Assembly (NCBI RefSeq): GCF_006345805.1
Contig: NC_043000.1
Location: forward strand, 30,194,001 to 30,258,000
Direction of reading: 5' to 3'
Length of the DNA stretch: 64,000 nt
DNA from: Octopus sinensis
Taxonomy: Eukaryota
Program-made: the position numbers and the translations under genes
The notes under the pieces: generated by a model
What the model was told of the DNA's origin: nothing
What the model saw: only the letters and a program-made list of their open reading frames with translations
Databases searched by the model: none
Part shown: in pieces, positions 13,328 to 26,230 of the stretch
Layout: the number at the start of each line of letters is the position of its first letter
How positions within the stretch are numbered: position 1 is the stretch's first letter

Positions 13328-13636
13328 GCGCTCCGTCGGTTACGACGACAAGGGTTCCAGTTGATCCAATTAATGGAACAGCCTGCTCGTGAAATTACCG
13401 TGCAAGTGGTTGAGCACTCCACAGACACGTGTACCCTTAACTTAGATCTCGGGGCGATTCAGCGTGATACAGAGTATGAAAAGGCTGGCCCTTTGAAATA
13501 CAGGTACAACAGAAACAGGAAAAAAGAGGGAGAAATTTGTGGTGAGAGAGAGAACAGCAGGGTTCGCCTCCCACTCCCTGCCGGAGCCTCATGGAGCTTA
13601 AGATGCTTTCGCTCAATAAACACTCCTAACGCCCGT
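13328..13636 (-). mobile_element. SINE group C, 5'-truncated
   Basis: reverse complement of the body and tail of 2086-2466. Confidence 0.88.
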
Positions 13637-13788
13637 TACCCATTTTTTTCAACCTCGATCTCGTTGTTTGTTTACATCTGGTGTCTCGGATACGAAACGT
13701 CGTAACAAAATCAGTGTTGGCTATAATTTCTATAGAAAACCTGTAGAGATGTCATTAAAACGTCGTTATGTTTTATGATTAAATGTTA

Positions 13789-14256
13789 GAGTAATCACTC
13801 ACTATATCACGGTTCACCTATTGCGCCCTCAGTACATCGCGGATTCTTCTGGTTAATCTATGTAAATTCATATCGTGGACTCTTCGGCATATCGCAGGTT
13901 TCTGCGGCCGATAGATATTTATATAATTCTAATTATTTATGCGGTAAAATTTGCATTTTCATGCCTAAAATTGAATAAGCCAATAAATAAAAGTAGAGCA
14001 CTTTATAACAAATTAACTAATATGTATTAAAAGAAAATACGTAGTGTACCGTAGATGAGTAAAGGATCGCACATACTGTATGGAAAACGAAACTCGAGAG
14101 GCGAGTGTGTGGTGGTGTTTTGCATTTATAATAAAATAAATATATACAAAGTATAAAAATAATAAAAAAACATTCAGTACTCTTTCTACTTCGCGGATTT
14201 TCCCCTATCGTAGGAGGTTTTGGAACGTAACACCCGCGATAGTGGAGTGATTACTG
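13789..14256 (-). mobile_element. Tigger/pogo-like MITE, second copy
   Basis: TA flanks on both sides; reverse complement of 9917-10382. Confidence 0.85.
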
Positions 14257-14456
14257 TATTAGGAATTTTATCCAAAAAAAAATGTTTGAATATTTTCTGT
14301 ATTATCGAAATATATACAGTTTATGGCACATAAATTTTAAGAACATAATCTGTTATGTACCCCACAGGGTCATATAGACCTCGGTTCTGAACCACTGGTC
14401 TAGACCCTCGACTGGAATGCTTGCCAATACCTTCTGTCACTAATGAAATGGGAGAA

Positions 14457-14772
14457 GCACTCAGTCGGTTACGACGACGAGGGTCCCAGCTGATACGATC
14501 AACCGAACAGCTTGCTCATGAAATTTACATGCAAGTGGCTGATCACTCTACAGACACGTGTACCCTTAAGTTCTCAGGGAGATTCAGCGTGACACAGAAT
14601 GTGACAAGGATGGCCCTTTTAAATACAGGTACTACTCATTTTTGCCAGCTGAGTGGACTGGAGCAACGTGAAATAAAGTGTCTTGCTCAAGGACACAACG
14701 TGTCACTCGGAATTGAATTCACGACCTGGCGATCGAGAGCTGAATGCATCACTACTAAGCTACGCGCCTTCA
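14457..14772 (-). mobile_element. tRNA-SINE, same type as 7270-7578
   Basis: aaagtgtcttgctcaaggacac body plus C tail 1. Confidence 0.85.
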
Positions 14773-15604
14773 AATAATGAAATAGAAGGTAATGTTAAAC
14801 CTAGTGGTAAATCATATTTACCATCCATGAAGGGAAAATATATCTTGGATGAGCTTAAACATTGGTTATATCTACAAAACGCCACTGCAAACAGATTAGT
14901 GGGTTAACCAAAGCAGGCAACTGGTATGACTAACCAAAGCCAAGACGCTTTTACAACAATAAATAATTTATAATATAATTTAATTTGCATACCCATTTCC
15001 TCCAGCACAGTATAACAATAATTCGTTTTTAATAATATACAAAACTTGGGGAGTATGTTAGTCCGCAAGACTTCCCCCAAACACTAGCTTATTTATAATA
15101 TTGATTACATTTTATTCAATAATATACTGTATCGCATCGAGAATATTGTTTAGGATTTTACGAAAGTAATATGGAAGCCATTTTGTGTGCTAATTCAAAG
15201 CTACAAACATAAATAGATATAGTCTTTATAGTTCTTTCAGAACTGTGTTGTTGATATATTCTTAACAAGTAATATATATGCACTGTATTCGAACTATTAA
15301 TGTTGTAAAATAAAACTTGATAATAAACCAGTAGAAATTGTTCACAGCAGTAGTTTAGTGCTGGAGATTTGATTTCGTAGTCTCACAAAATACATATATT
15401 AGTTCAGTTATCATTGATTAAACTTAATGTACAGTGGATGAATGAAAACTGAGAAGTGGTTACCTCTATTTAGTAAGTTCTCAATATCATTTGCATGGAA
15501 TATTTCATTATATTGATGCGTATGTAAGTCTCCCTTTATCTCTCCATCTCCTTCTCTCTCACTGTCTCTCTGTGTCTCTGTCGTTGTCTGTCTCTCTATA
15601 TAGT

Positions 15605-15675
<71 letters not shown>

Positions 15676-15676
15676 G

Positions 15677-15759
<83 letters not shown>
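15605..15759. repeat. (GATA)n microsatellite
   Basis: direct reading. Confidence 0.97.
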
Positions 15760-16330
15760 GGAGAGAGAGAGAGAAAGAGATAGATAAGTCGATAGATAGA
15801 CAGGTATTAAAGCAAGGGTGAAACTCAGAGTAGACTGGCACTTTTTCATACAACAAATATATTGAGTATGCGTTGTGACGTTTACAGCACAATATATTAA
15901 TATACATTATTCAAATCTTATATTACTGCATGTGCGTCGCGTGTGTATGTATGTGTGTATTTGTGTCTCTCTATATAAATGTATGTAAGGCTGTGTATGT
16001 GGGAAGAAGCTTTTCTACGCCACCACTATGTTTTAATTGGATCCGTTTTATCAAAGGCATTTCATATCTGCGTATCAGCCCCTATATTTCCCCTGGAACG
16101 TAAAATTTCATAAGATCTATCAACCAGCCTCATCTTCAGGATGGCAAGTGGCTTCTTGTCTCAAATGCTACCTTTTTTACATCGGGTAACATATCTTTAT
16201 ACAGATTTTCCCTTCAGAATGTCAGCGCTAGAGACATTCTGAAACTCTCTGACATGGGATTTACATTCGTGTAGCGTGCGTGCAAAGTAGCAATGGGGTT
16301 CATGAAGTTTACAATCTTCATTTTTAGATT

Positions 16331-16711
16331 AAGGCGGCGACTGGCAGAAACGTTAGCCGGGCGAAATGCGTATCCGTATTTCGTCTGCCGTTACGTTCTG
16401 AGTTCAAATACCGCCGATGTCGATTTTGCCTTCCATCCTTTCGTACCAGTTACGCACTGGGGTTCGATGTAATCGACTTGATCCGTTTGTCTGTTCTTAT
16501 TTGTCCCCTCTGTGTGTAGCCCCTTGTGAGTAGTAAAGAAATATGTATTTCGTCTGCCGCTACGTTCCGAGTTCAAATTCCGCCGAGGTTGACTTTGCCT
16601 TCCATCGTTTCAAGGTCGATAAATTAAGTACCAGTTGCCTACTAAAGTCTATCTAATCGACTGGCCCCCTTCTTACCAAATTCCGGTCCTTGTGTCTAGA
16701 GTAGAAAAGAA
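16331..16711 (+). mobile_element. SINE group A, dimeric
   Basis: same architecture as 12259-12655. Confidence 0.88.
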
Positions 16712-16849
16712 TCTTCATTTCTAGGCTGCAATTTTCATGAACTGATTTTCCAGATTTTGAAATTTCTATGTTGCTTGGCGTCTGATGAAAAGGAATTGAA
16801 AGTGGTGTAGGGGTCGAGGATTATACATGTACCTTGCTATTTGTGAACA

Positions 16850-17120
16850 GGTGCAGGCCGTGCTGTGTAGTAAGAGATTTGACCCCAAGTACATTGTTAC
16901 GATTCAGTCCCACTCTGTGGTATCTTAGGCAAGTGTCTTCTATTATAGGCTTGGGTTTGAATTTGGTAGATGGTAACTGAAATAAGGCCGCCATGTATGT
17001 ATGTATGTATGTTATGTATGTATGTATGTATGTATGTATGTATGCATGCATGCATGCATGTGTGTGTGTGTGTTTGTGTCTTTGAGTTCGTGTTTGTTTT
17101 CCACCATCCTTTGAAAACTG
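16850..17120 (+). mobile_element. SINE group B, degenerate partial
   Basis: ttcagtcccactctgtgg..ggcaagtgtcttctattatag, followed by an internal microsatellite. Confidence 0.7.
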
Positions 17121-17177
17121 GTCCCAGTAAAGATTGGGCAAAAGCGGTAGTTGTGGATAGTCACAGATAGAAATATT

Positions 17178-17455
17178 CATACATACATACATACATGCAT
17201 ACATACATACATACATGAATACATACATACATACATGCATACATACATACATACATGAATACATACATACATACATGCATACATACATACATACATACAT
17301 GAATACATACATACATACATACAGACATACATGAATACATACATACATGCATGCATACATACATACATACATGAATACATACATACATACATGCATACAT
17401 ACATACATGAATACATACATACATACATACATACATACATACATACATGAATACA

Positions 17456-17484
<29 letters not shown>
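17178..17484. repeat. (CATA)n microsatellite with periodic variants
   Basis: direct reading. Confidence 0.95.
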
Positions 17485-17486
<2 letters not shown>

Positions 17487-19002
17487 TTGGACCTCAGAAC
17501 TCCCTGCATTGAATAAAACAGTGGCGGCCTAGGATGTGCTGCAGTGCCAGCACTCATACCAACATTTGAGCTGCTTGAGTGGACACTTGATGAGATCCGA
17601 GCCATTGTAGTGAAAACCCAGAAGATAGTAACAAGCACACATAATTTTCTCATAAATTGTGGCGTAGACCGCCACTATCAAAAAAGAAAACGAGATGGCA
17701 GAGGCTTAACATCTATTCAAAATGCCTTTGAATATCGCATTATATCTCTTTGGTAACCTCTTTTAACCACCAAGTGTCGAAGTTCATCTCTTGATCAATT
17801 TTGCGTACTTCAGCAACAATCCTTGTCAGATAACCTAGAATACATGCCCAAAGAAGTAGCATGACTCTACCGCAACGTATCGTCAGATGAAAGGATGAGC
17901 CTATATGAGCAGAAGACTATACATGGACATGTTAGTAGAAAGCTCCGAGATGATAATAACATCATTCATCAAAGCAGTTTATTATGGACGAATAGCCGGA
18001 TTACTACCTGCCATTTTGAATGGTATGCGTTTGCCATACAGGAACAGGAAATATCAAGCAAGTACCTGATGCAGAAAAGGGATAGAGATGCAGGAAAAGC
18101 CGTAAAATGTGACACCCGATGCAGACTTTGTGGAGTTAACACCGAAGATATCCCCTACATCAAAAGCAGTTGTCCGAAAATGTCATCACTATATTATCTA
18201 CCGATGAGACATGATGTTATAGTTAGGACACTCTATAATGCAATACGTCAGAAGGATAATCCCAAGGATAAAAAATAAAATCCCACAATATGGCAGAGCC
18301 CATAGCCACTCATAATAAAAAGGAATACTGGTGGAATGTACCAGTGAAGACCTCAACAAAAAGTAAGCACAACAGAACTCATATAATGATTTGGGATAGA
18401 GAAGAGAAAGTGTGCACAGTGGAAATTAGACGTCCAGCGGATGTTAACATAAAGCTGAAAATCAGTGAAAACCAGAATACCTATGCTGAACTATTTAGAA
18501 ATCTGCAGTTACTCTATCCTCTAATTATTGGGGCCCTGGGATATGTAACAAACTGCCTAAATACCAATCTTGAGAAATTAGGCTTCTCAAAACCAGAAAG
18601 GAGATAGCTAATTCAAAGACTACAGATCCAATCCATCACTTGAGCTTTAAAGATCTGTAAAACTTTCCAGAAGTTTATCATTTAAATATATATAAGCATG
18701 TCTAGATATGTAACTAAATGCATGAGAATACATATATAAACATACAAATCTGCACATACATACATGCATACATACAAACATATATGCATACATACATAAT
18801 ATATAGATACATATATACATACATACATACATACATACATACATACATACATACGTACCTAAATACATACATACATAGATACATACATGCATACAAAAAT
18901 ACCCTGTTCTTAATGTTGAAATTCCAATGAAGGAGCCTTGGATCTAGGTTAGAAACCGATTCTTTCTCTATTGGCATGACATCTTGAAATAGAAGTATAA
19001 TG
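17487..19002 (+). mobile_element. 5'-truncated, frameshifted R4/Dong-like non-LTR retrotransposon (RT thumb, CCHC knuckle, REL endonuclease, 3' UTR)
   Basis: ORF pieces WTLDEIRAIVVKTQKI, RKRDGRGL, FAIQEQEI, CRLCG, RHDVI, YWWNVPV, PLIIGALG. Confidence 0.85.
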
Positions 19003-19123
19003 ACATACATACATACATACATACATACATACATACATACATACATACATACATACATAAATGCATACATACATATACACACATATATACATATATATAC
19101 ACACACATATGGAAGGATATATA

Positions 19124-19288
19124 TACGACGGTTTTCTTTCGGCTTCCGTTTACCAATCCACTTGGAAGGCCTTGCTCGGCCCAAAGTTATGGTGGATAAC
19201 ACTTGCCCAAGGTGCCGCATAGTGAGACTAAACCAAGAACCACGTGGTCGGGAAGCCAACTTCTTACCTCACAGCCACGCCTGCACCT
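19124..19288 (-). mobile_element. SINE group B head
   Basis: acttgcccaaggtgccgc..gggaagc..cacagccacgcctg. Confidence 0.8.
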
Positions 19289-20125
19289 AAGGGGATTTGT
19301 GGTGTAACTGCGTAGAGAACCTAACTTTGGCTCACCATTTATCATATTGTTTCTACAGAGATTGATCAAGATATACACTCGAAGTGAAGATATCCTCCAC
19401 AACCATTCTCTGTTGTATAATATTTTATTGCTTCAGTTGCTCTCGTAGAAGCCAGCTTTCCCATTTCATTGTTTGCGAAAGTATGTTCTTTTGAAGTCCA
19501 TTGCTAACTCTTTCCACCTGTATGATTTTGGAAGTGGGATGCTATTCAAATCCTGTTAATCCAATAATCACAGCCGAAGCATTGGGATTGTCTTTCTGTG
19601 CATGAAGGATTAATGCAGCAAAATGGTTCATTACATTCTGGTATTGAGGATAAGTATTCTAGTTTCCAGATCAACTTTACGATAGAGTTATTGATTTATA
19701 GACTAGTGTAACCATACTCAAACACCTCAGGTAAAAGCAACGTGACTCAAAAGGGGTGTGTGTCGAATCCGATTCATTGACTCATAAAACACTCCACCTA
19801 AACACCTTCCGCTCAGCTCTCGTCTACCTGGGTTTCCTCACAAGTCTTGGGTCTACGTATAACTATGGCAGGAGACTGTGTGTTTCATTTGTTTTGTTGA
19901 ATTACACGATGTCTTTCTTTATTTGACTTTCGTAATATCTATCTTTAGTCTGTTAATACATTAAATTTTCACTACACAGAATGGCAAGACGGAAATAGAC
20001 AGAGAAAATCATAGAGGAGAGGAGATAAGAAAAACAGTTAGTCATTCAATAGGTTACAGAATGTGTGACAAATAGACTATGACAATTAAACGTTATAATA
20101 ATAATAATAATAATAATAATGATAA

Positions 20126-20156
<31 letters not shown>

Positions 20157-20179
20157 AATAACAATAATGGTGAAAACTT

Positions 20180-20287
20180 TCAATACAGTGAAAATAAGAT
20201 CATCACGACAAACCATGGAACATACCCTAGGCACACAGAGCTGTGATCGATAGTGAAATGAAAGCACGTGATAAAAATAAGTCTACC

Positions 20288-20290
<3 letters not shown>
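20180..20290 (+). mobile_element. 3' UTR-only fragment of the R4-like family at 20372
   Basis: ggcacacagagctg..tgaaagcacg..aaaaataa shared with 20952-21062; both flanks are (TAA)n-like. Confidence 0.8.
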
Positions 20291-20328
<38 letters not shown>

Positions 20329-20371
20329 TAATAATATATAATATATAATATAAAAATAATATAATAATGTA

Positions 20372-21058
20372 ATGAAAAGAAATATAATAAGTAACTGCAG
20401 AATATGTGGAGATGGACAAGAAACAATAAATAATATTATCTCTAGCTGCCCAGTCCTGGCTAAGAAGGAATATATTCACAGACATGACAGAGTTGGAACC
20501 TACATACATTGGAAGCTATGCCAACATTATGGAATAACAACAGAAAAAAGATGGTATAGGCACACACCAGAAAAGGTCACAGAAAACGAGAAAGCAACTA
20601 TACTCTGGGATATGCCAATACACACAGATAGAGAAATTAAGGCCAACAGACCAGATATAGTTGTCAGAGATCATGAAGAAAGAAAATACTTTCTAATTGA
20701 TGTATCAATACCGGCAGATGACAACGTGTCTCTAAAAGAAATGGCGAAACTCTCAAAATACAAAGACCTGGAAATAGAGGTAACCAGAATGTGGAATCTA
20801 AAAAGAGAAACAATTCCTATCATAGTAGGTGCATTAGGCATGATAAAAAATATTCAGACAAATACATAACAAAAACACCAGGACTTACAAACACATATAA
20901 CATACAGAAAATTGCAATACTAGGCACTGCACACATCCTACGCAGAACACTTTCAATACAATAACCATCAAAGCATCACTGCAAATCACAGCACATACCT
21001 AAGGCACACAGAGCTGCGCTCGGTAGTAAAGTGAAAGCACGCTATAAAAATAAAACTA

Positions 21059-21062
<4 letters not shown>
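20372..21062 (+). mobile_element. R4/Dong-like retrotransposon 3' fragment (Zn knuckle + REL endonuclease)
   Basis: CRICG..SC, RHDRV, LWDMPIHTD, NRPDIVV, LIDVSIP, KLSKYKDL, PIIVGALG; frameshift near 20845; ends at (TAA)n. Confidence 0.92.
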
Positions 21063-21118
<56 letters not shown>

Positions 21119-21137
21119 AAGAAGAAGAAGAAGAAGA
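21062..21137. repeat. (TAA)n followed by (GAA)n
   Basis: direct reading. Confidence 0.95.
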
Positions 21138-21171
21138 ACTATTATAATAATTGTTATTATTAGTATTATTA

Positions 21172-22627
21172 TTCGGTATCTCGAAGTGTGCGGTGCTTAA
21201 TTTGAAGCGTGGGGAAAGAGTAAATTGTAGGAGTACAAAATTGCCAAACGTAGAGAGAATGGAAGACCCGGATGATGATTGGTACAAGTACCTTGTGAAC
21301 CTGGAGTTGGACAACATCTTGCACAGAAAAGTGAAAGACAAGGTCACCACTGCATAATTCAAACGCCTCAAACTTCTCTTGAAATCAAAGGAACCTTGTG
21401 ACTGCCATGAACATATGGGCTGTTGCGGCAGTCCGCTATAGTGCACCCATCCCGAGATGGACAAAAGCGGAAATTGAGCAACTCGATCGTACTACCCGAA
21501 ATGCAATGACAATGCATGGTGCCCTCCAACCTAAAGCGAATGTACGCAAGCTTCTACATGAAGAGGGGTAAAGATGGACGTGGGCAGATTAGCGTACGGG
21601 ATTGCAGCAACAGTGAAAGAAGAAACATGGCAGAATATTTGGTAGTAAAGAGCAAAGAAGACCTGCTACATTATGCTGCTAGTACAGAAGGAGTTAACAA
21701 AAATGGACTTGGGAGTTTTTATGACTTCCGAACAAGAAAAGCCAACGAGAGAGAAGAAACCCTACTCCGCATGGAATTACATGGTCAGTTCCACCGTGAA
21801 TTCAACAAATAAAAAGACCAGGTAGCATCATGGAGGTGGCTTAACAAGAGTGACTTAAAAAAGAATACTGAAAGCCTAATCATCGCGGCCCAAGGCCAGG
21901 CATTGAATACCAACTCAGTGAAAAAAGTATATACCACATTTTGTGCAACGGACTTCTGCAGAATGTGTGGGAAGAGGGTCGAAAGCGTGACTCACATTGT
22001 TAGTGCTTGTGAAAGTCTTGCGCAGAAAGAGTACAAGCATAGACACGACAAATTAGCCTAAAATCTCCACTGGCCGTAAGTATAGATATAAGGTTACGGG
22101 TGCTTGGTACAAACATACACCGGAAAATGTAATGGACGAAAACGGGAAGGCAAAAATCCTCTGGAAATTTGATTTCCAGATAGACAAAGTGTTAGAGCAC
22201 CGAACGTCGGATATAGTAACATTTAAGAGGGACAAACAAGAGTGCTTAATAATTGACGTAGCAGTGCTAGGAGATCAATATATTATCATGAAAGAAAGAG
22301 AAAAAGTTGATAAATATGGAAACCTGAGAATTGAGATAGCCAAGATGTGGCAGCTACGAGAGTCGAAAAGAAAGTTTATCCCTGTCATCATCGGATCATT
22401 GGGTTCAATACTACCAAAGCTGAAGAAACAAAAAACATCTGAAAGCATTAGAAATGCCCTAAAATTTATATATATTGCAAAAGTCGGCATTACTTGGAAC
22501 TGCACGCATATTGCCTCAAGAACTGTCTGTCCGAGGTCCTTGTTGTGTCATGACAAACAGTGTAAACTCCTAGTAGACACAATATCTTCAATCAACAACT
22601 TCACGATATTGTATGCTGTGTGACGTC

Positions 22628-22630
<3 letters not shown>
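21172..22630 (+). mobile_element. Second R4/Dong-like family, decayed 3' half
   Basis: FGISKC, YKYL, GKDGRG, LHGQF, CRMCG..HIVSAC, RHD, LWKFDFQID, IIDVAV, KVDKY, PVIIGSLG; ends at (TAA)n. Confidence 0.9.
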
Positions 22631-22666
<36 letters not shown>

Positions 22667-23607
22667 GATACATGTCGTGTATGTCAACAACAAAATTAAA
22701 CCATTGATCATATTGTCTCCAACTGCAGTCTTCTTGCGCCTACAGAGTATCTCAACAGGCATGATAGAGCTGCACAATATATTCACTGGGTAATTTGCAA
22801 AAGACTGGACTTGCCCCATGATAAAAAATTGGTGGTAACACAAACCACCTCTAGTGCTTGAAAATGACCACATCTTACTCCTCTGGAACTTCACCACTCA
22901 AACTGACAGAAAGATAGATCCAAATGGGCTAGACATTATATTGAAAGACTTCAGACAAAGAACATGCCTCCTCATTGATATGTCTGTCCCAATCGATATA
23001 AACGTATCTATCAAGACCTACTAAAAACTGAGCAAATATAAAGATTTTGAAATAGAAATTAGCAAAATGTGGAACCTGAAGACTAAAACAATACCCGTTG
23101 TCATAGGTGCCCTGGGAATGATAGCAAAAGGGGCCGATCACTACCTAGCTCAGATACCAGGAAACCCCAAAATGGCAGAAATTCAAAAGATTGTGCTCAT
23201 GGGAACTGCCCATATCCTACGCAAAATACTTTCTATGTAAACTCAAATGTTAAAACAAACATAATTTTTTTATGGTTTCTTAAACATTCTGTAGAACAAC
23301 ACTATGTGCAAAACCAAATATATGACACCCTAGGCATAACACCAACATGAACTTCTAACTTGTTGTCTTTGGAGGTCTCTGGGTAAGACTTGGATCTAAC
23401 TTGTACAAATGCAAAGCAAAAGTCAAACATAGAATAATAATACATTGTACTGAAGGTACAAGCCCTGAAATTTTACGCAACTGGTACTTTAATTATCGAT
23501 CCCGAAAGGATGACCCAGCAGCATTTTGAACTCAGATCGCGAACACAAACGAAATACCACAAAGCATCTCGTTTGGCATGCTAACAATTCTGCCAGCTCG
23601 ACGCCTT
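22667..23607 (+). mobile_element. Third R4/Dong-like 3' fragment (22667-23432) plus reverse group A SINE (about 23455-23607); copy 1 of a tandem duplication
   Basis: RHDRAA, LLWNF, LIDMSVP, SKYKD, MWNLKTKTIPVVIGALG. Confidence 0.88.
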
Positions 23608-23611
23608 AATA

Positions 23612-23659
<48 letters not shown>

Positions 23660-23687
23660 TAATAATAATAATAATAATAATAATAAA

Positions 23688-24627
23688 GATACATGTCGTG
23701 TATGTCAACAACAAAATTAAACCATTGATCATATTGTCTCCAACTGCAGTCTTCTTGCGCCTACAGAGTATCTCAACAGGCATGATAGAGCTGCACAATA
23801 TATTCACTGGGTAATTTGCAAAAGACTGGACTTGCCCCATGATAAAAAATTGGTGGTAACACAAACCACCTCTAGTGCTTGAAAATGACCACATCTTACT
23901 CCTCTGGAACTTCACCACTCAAACTGACAGAAAGATAGATCCAAATGGGCTAGACATTATATTGAAAGACTTCAGACAAAGAACATGCCTCCTCATTGAT
24001 ATGTCTGTCCCAATCGATATAAACGTATCTATCAAGACCTACTAAAAACTGAGCAAATATAAAGATTTTGAAATAGAAATTAGCAAAATGTGGAACCTGA
24101 AGACTAAAACAATACCCGTTGTCATAGGTGCCCTGGGAATGATAGCAAAAGGGGCCGATCACTACCTAGCTCAGATACCAGGAACCCCAAAATGGCAGAA
24201 ATTCAAAAGATTGTGCTCATGGGAACTGCCCATATCCTACGCAAAATACTTTCTATGTAAACTCAAATGTTAAAACAAACATAATTTTTTTATGGTTTCT
24301 TAAACATTCTGTAGAACAACACTATGTGCAAAACCAAATATATGACACCCTAGGCATAACACCAACATGAACTTCTAACTTGTTGTCTTTGGAGGTCTCT
24401 GGGTAAGACTTGGATCTAACTTGTACAAATGCAAAGCAAAAGTCAAACATAGAATAATAATACATTGTACTGAAGGTACAAGCCCTGAAATTTTACGCAA
24501 CTGGTACTTTAATTATCGATCCCGAAAGGATGACCCAGCAGCATTTTGAACTCAGATCGCGAACACAAACGAAATACCACAAAGCATCTCGTTTGGCATG
24601 CTAACGATTCTGCCAGCTCGACGCCTT
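23688..24627 (+). repeat. Copy 2 of the near-identical 0.94-kb unit (period about 1021 bp)
   Basis: identical ORFs at offset 1021; only a 1-bp indel and one substitution noticed. Confidence 0.95.
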
Positions 24628-24631
24628 AATA

Positions 24632-24684
<53 letters not shown>

Positions 24685-25159
24685 TAATAATAATAATAAA
24701 GTGAAGATCAAATAAATAGTGTGTATGTTTCTTGGCAAAATAACCATCCCCAAATATAAGAAAATCTTTTTCAACTAACGATTTTACATCAAGGATCTTG
24801 CAAGTCAAATACATAAACATATTCCATTATAAATTATCTGCATAAGACCTGATGTGGTATATCTACAGAGGTGGCGTTTCTTCATAGTAACTTTTCAAAC
24901 ATCAGTCACAGCTTTCGAAAAAGGCTAGGTTCCATGGCACGTATGTGTGTGTGTTTGTGTGTGTATGAGCGAGTATGTGTGTGTGTGTGAGTGTGACTGT
25001 GTTTGTGTACACACACAAACACACTCACACACACATAAACAAGTAGGAGGTGAGTGCTAGATATGTTCCGTATAAAACAAGCAGTACTGCTCAAATGAAT
25101 TTGAGCATAAACTCTGAATTTTTCATCCGGGACTAGGTCCGCGGCATCAATTTATGTAG

Positions 25160-26230
25160 ATTTATGAGGTGTCATCAAATAGGAAATAATTGTTCTGAAG
25201 TATAAATCTTAATATTCAATAATAAAGACCTGTTTATGCGTTCCGGAAGTACTTCGGGGTATTTTCCAACCAGAATTTAATTACTTTTATTCCATAGTCT
25301 TGGGGGATGTTGGTGTAAAGATTGATGACATCGAGGGCAACCAATATTGCCTCTTCATTAATTGTTTTTGGTAGGTGCTCTAGCATGTCTAAATCGTCTC
25401 TTATGAAACTTTTGATGCATTTCAACAAGGGTTTTAGTAGGATGTCTAGAAAATTGCTTAGGCGGTGGTTTTCACAGGCTGGGCCAGCTACAATGGGTCT
25501 TAAAGTTAAGTCTTCAGGCGCTTGAATATTTATGTATTTGCCTGGTGATTGTTTGCAGGTTTCATTAACTATCTTGCTCTTGTGTATTTTAGGTAGGCCG
25601 TAAAAAAGTTTAGGTATACATTTAAAGCCCCTAATGTAATCTATTTCTTTTTCTGTCAGGCCTTCTCAATGTAGAAGTATTAAGGATTCAAAATTTTTCA
25701 TTCTTTATGTTGTATATAGTTTACACCTTTTTCGTAGAAGGCATAATTTTCTAGCATAGATGCTACTAAGATTTTGTAGTATTCTGTGTCCATCAGAATA
25801 ACAGCACTTCCTTTGTGTGCTTCTTTAATTATCAGGTCTTTGTGGTATTGTAGTTCAATTAGATTTTTCCGTTCTAGATTATTGAGGCTTCAGTTAATTT
25901 TTCGTTTATGGAAAGTATATGGGAAATTTTGGATATGGTCGCAGAAGTCATCTAGTGTTTTATTCCTATCTATAGGTGTAAGGTAATTACTTCTGTTTTT
26001 AACCAGTGACTTATCTTCGTTGTTATAGTCAGATAGTGCTTCTGTGAGACGTAATTTTCTGCAGAATTCCGAAATATTGTCTTTAATTTCATTATGGTTA
26101 GATCTTCGTGGGGTTGGAGTAAATTTCAATCATTTAGCTATTATACTAATTTTTGTTGCAGAGAGAATTTTCTTTTATAAATTTATTACTTTGGATTTCG
26201 CCTGTAAGTTTTGTTTCAACATGTGACCCT
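25160..26230 (-). pseudogene. Penelope-like element reverse transcriptase, N-terminal half, with stops and frameshifts
   Basis: KFTPTP, EFCRKLRL, IIKEAHKGSAVILMD, FYGLPKIHK, RPIVAGP, LDVINLYTNIP, NNYFLF: Penelope RT motifs. Confidence 0.9.

Noticed and set aside
2223-14777. Recurrent ORFs beginning MALRRLRRR (2223, 13325, 14421)
   Set aside because: Antisense translation of the SINE C tail; the recurrence reflects the repeat.
16213-16243. 11-bp stem hairpin ttcagaatgtc/gacattctgaa
   Set aside because: Isolated, with no supporting context.
16781-16810. CTGATGA..GAAA motif
   Set aside because: No stem I, II or III pairing.
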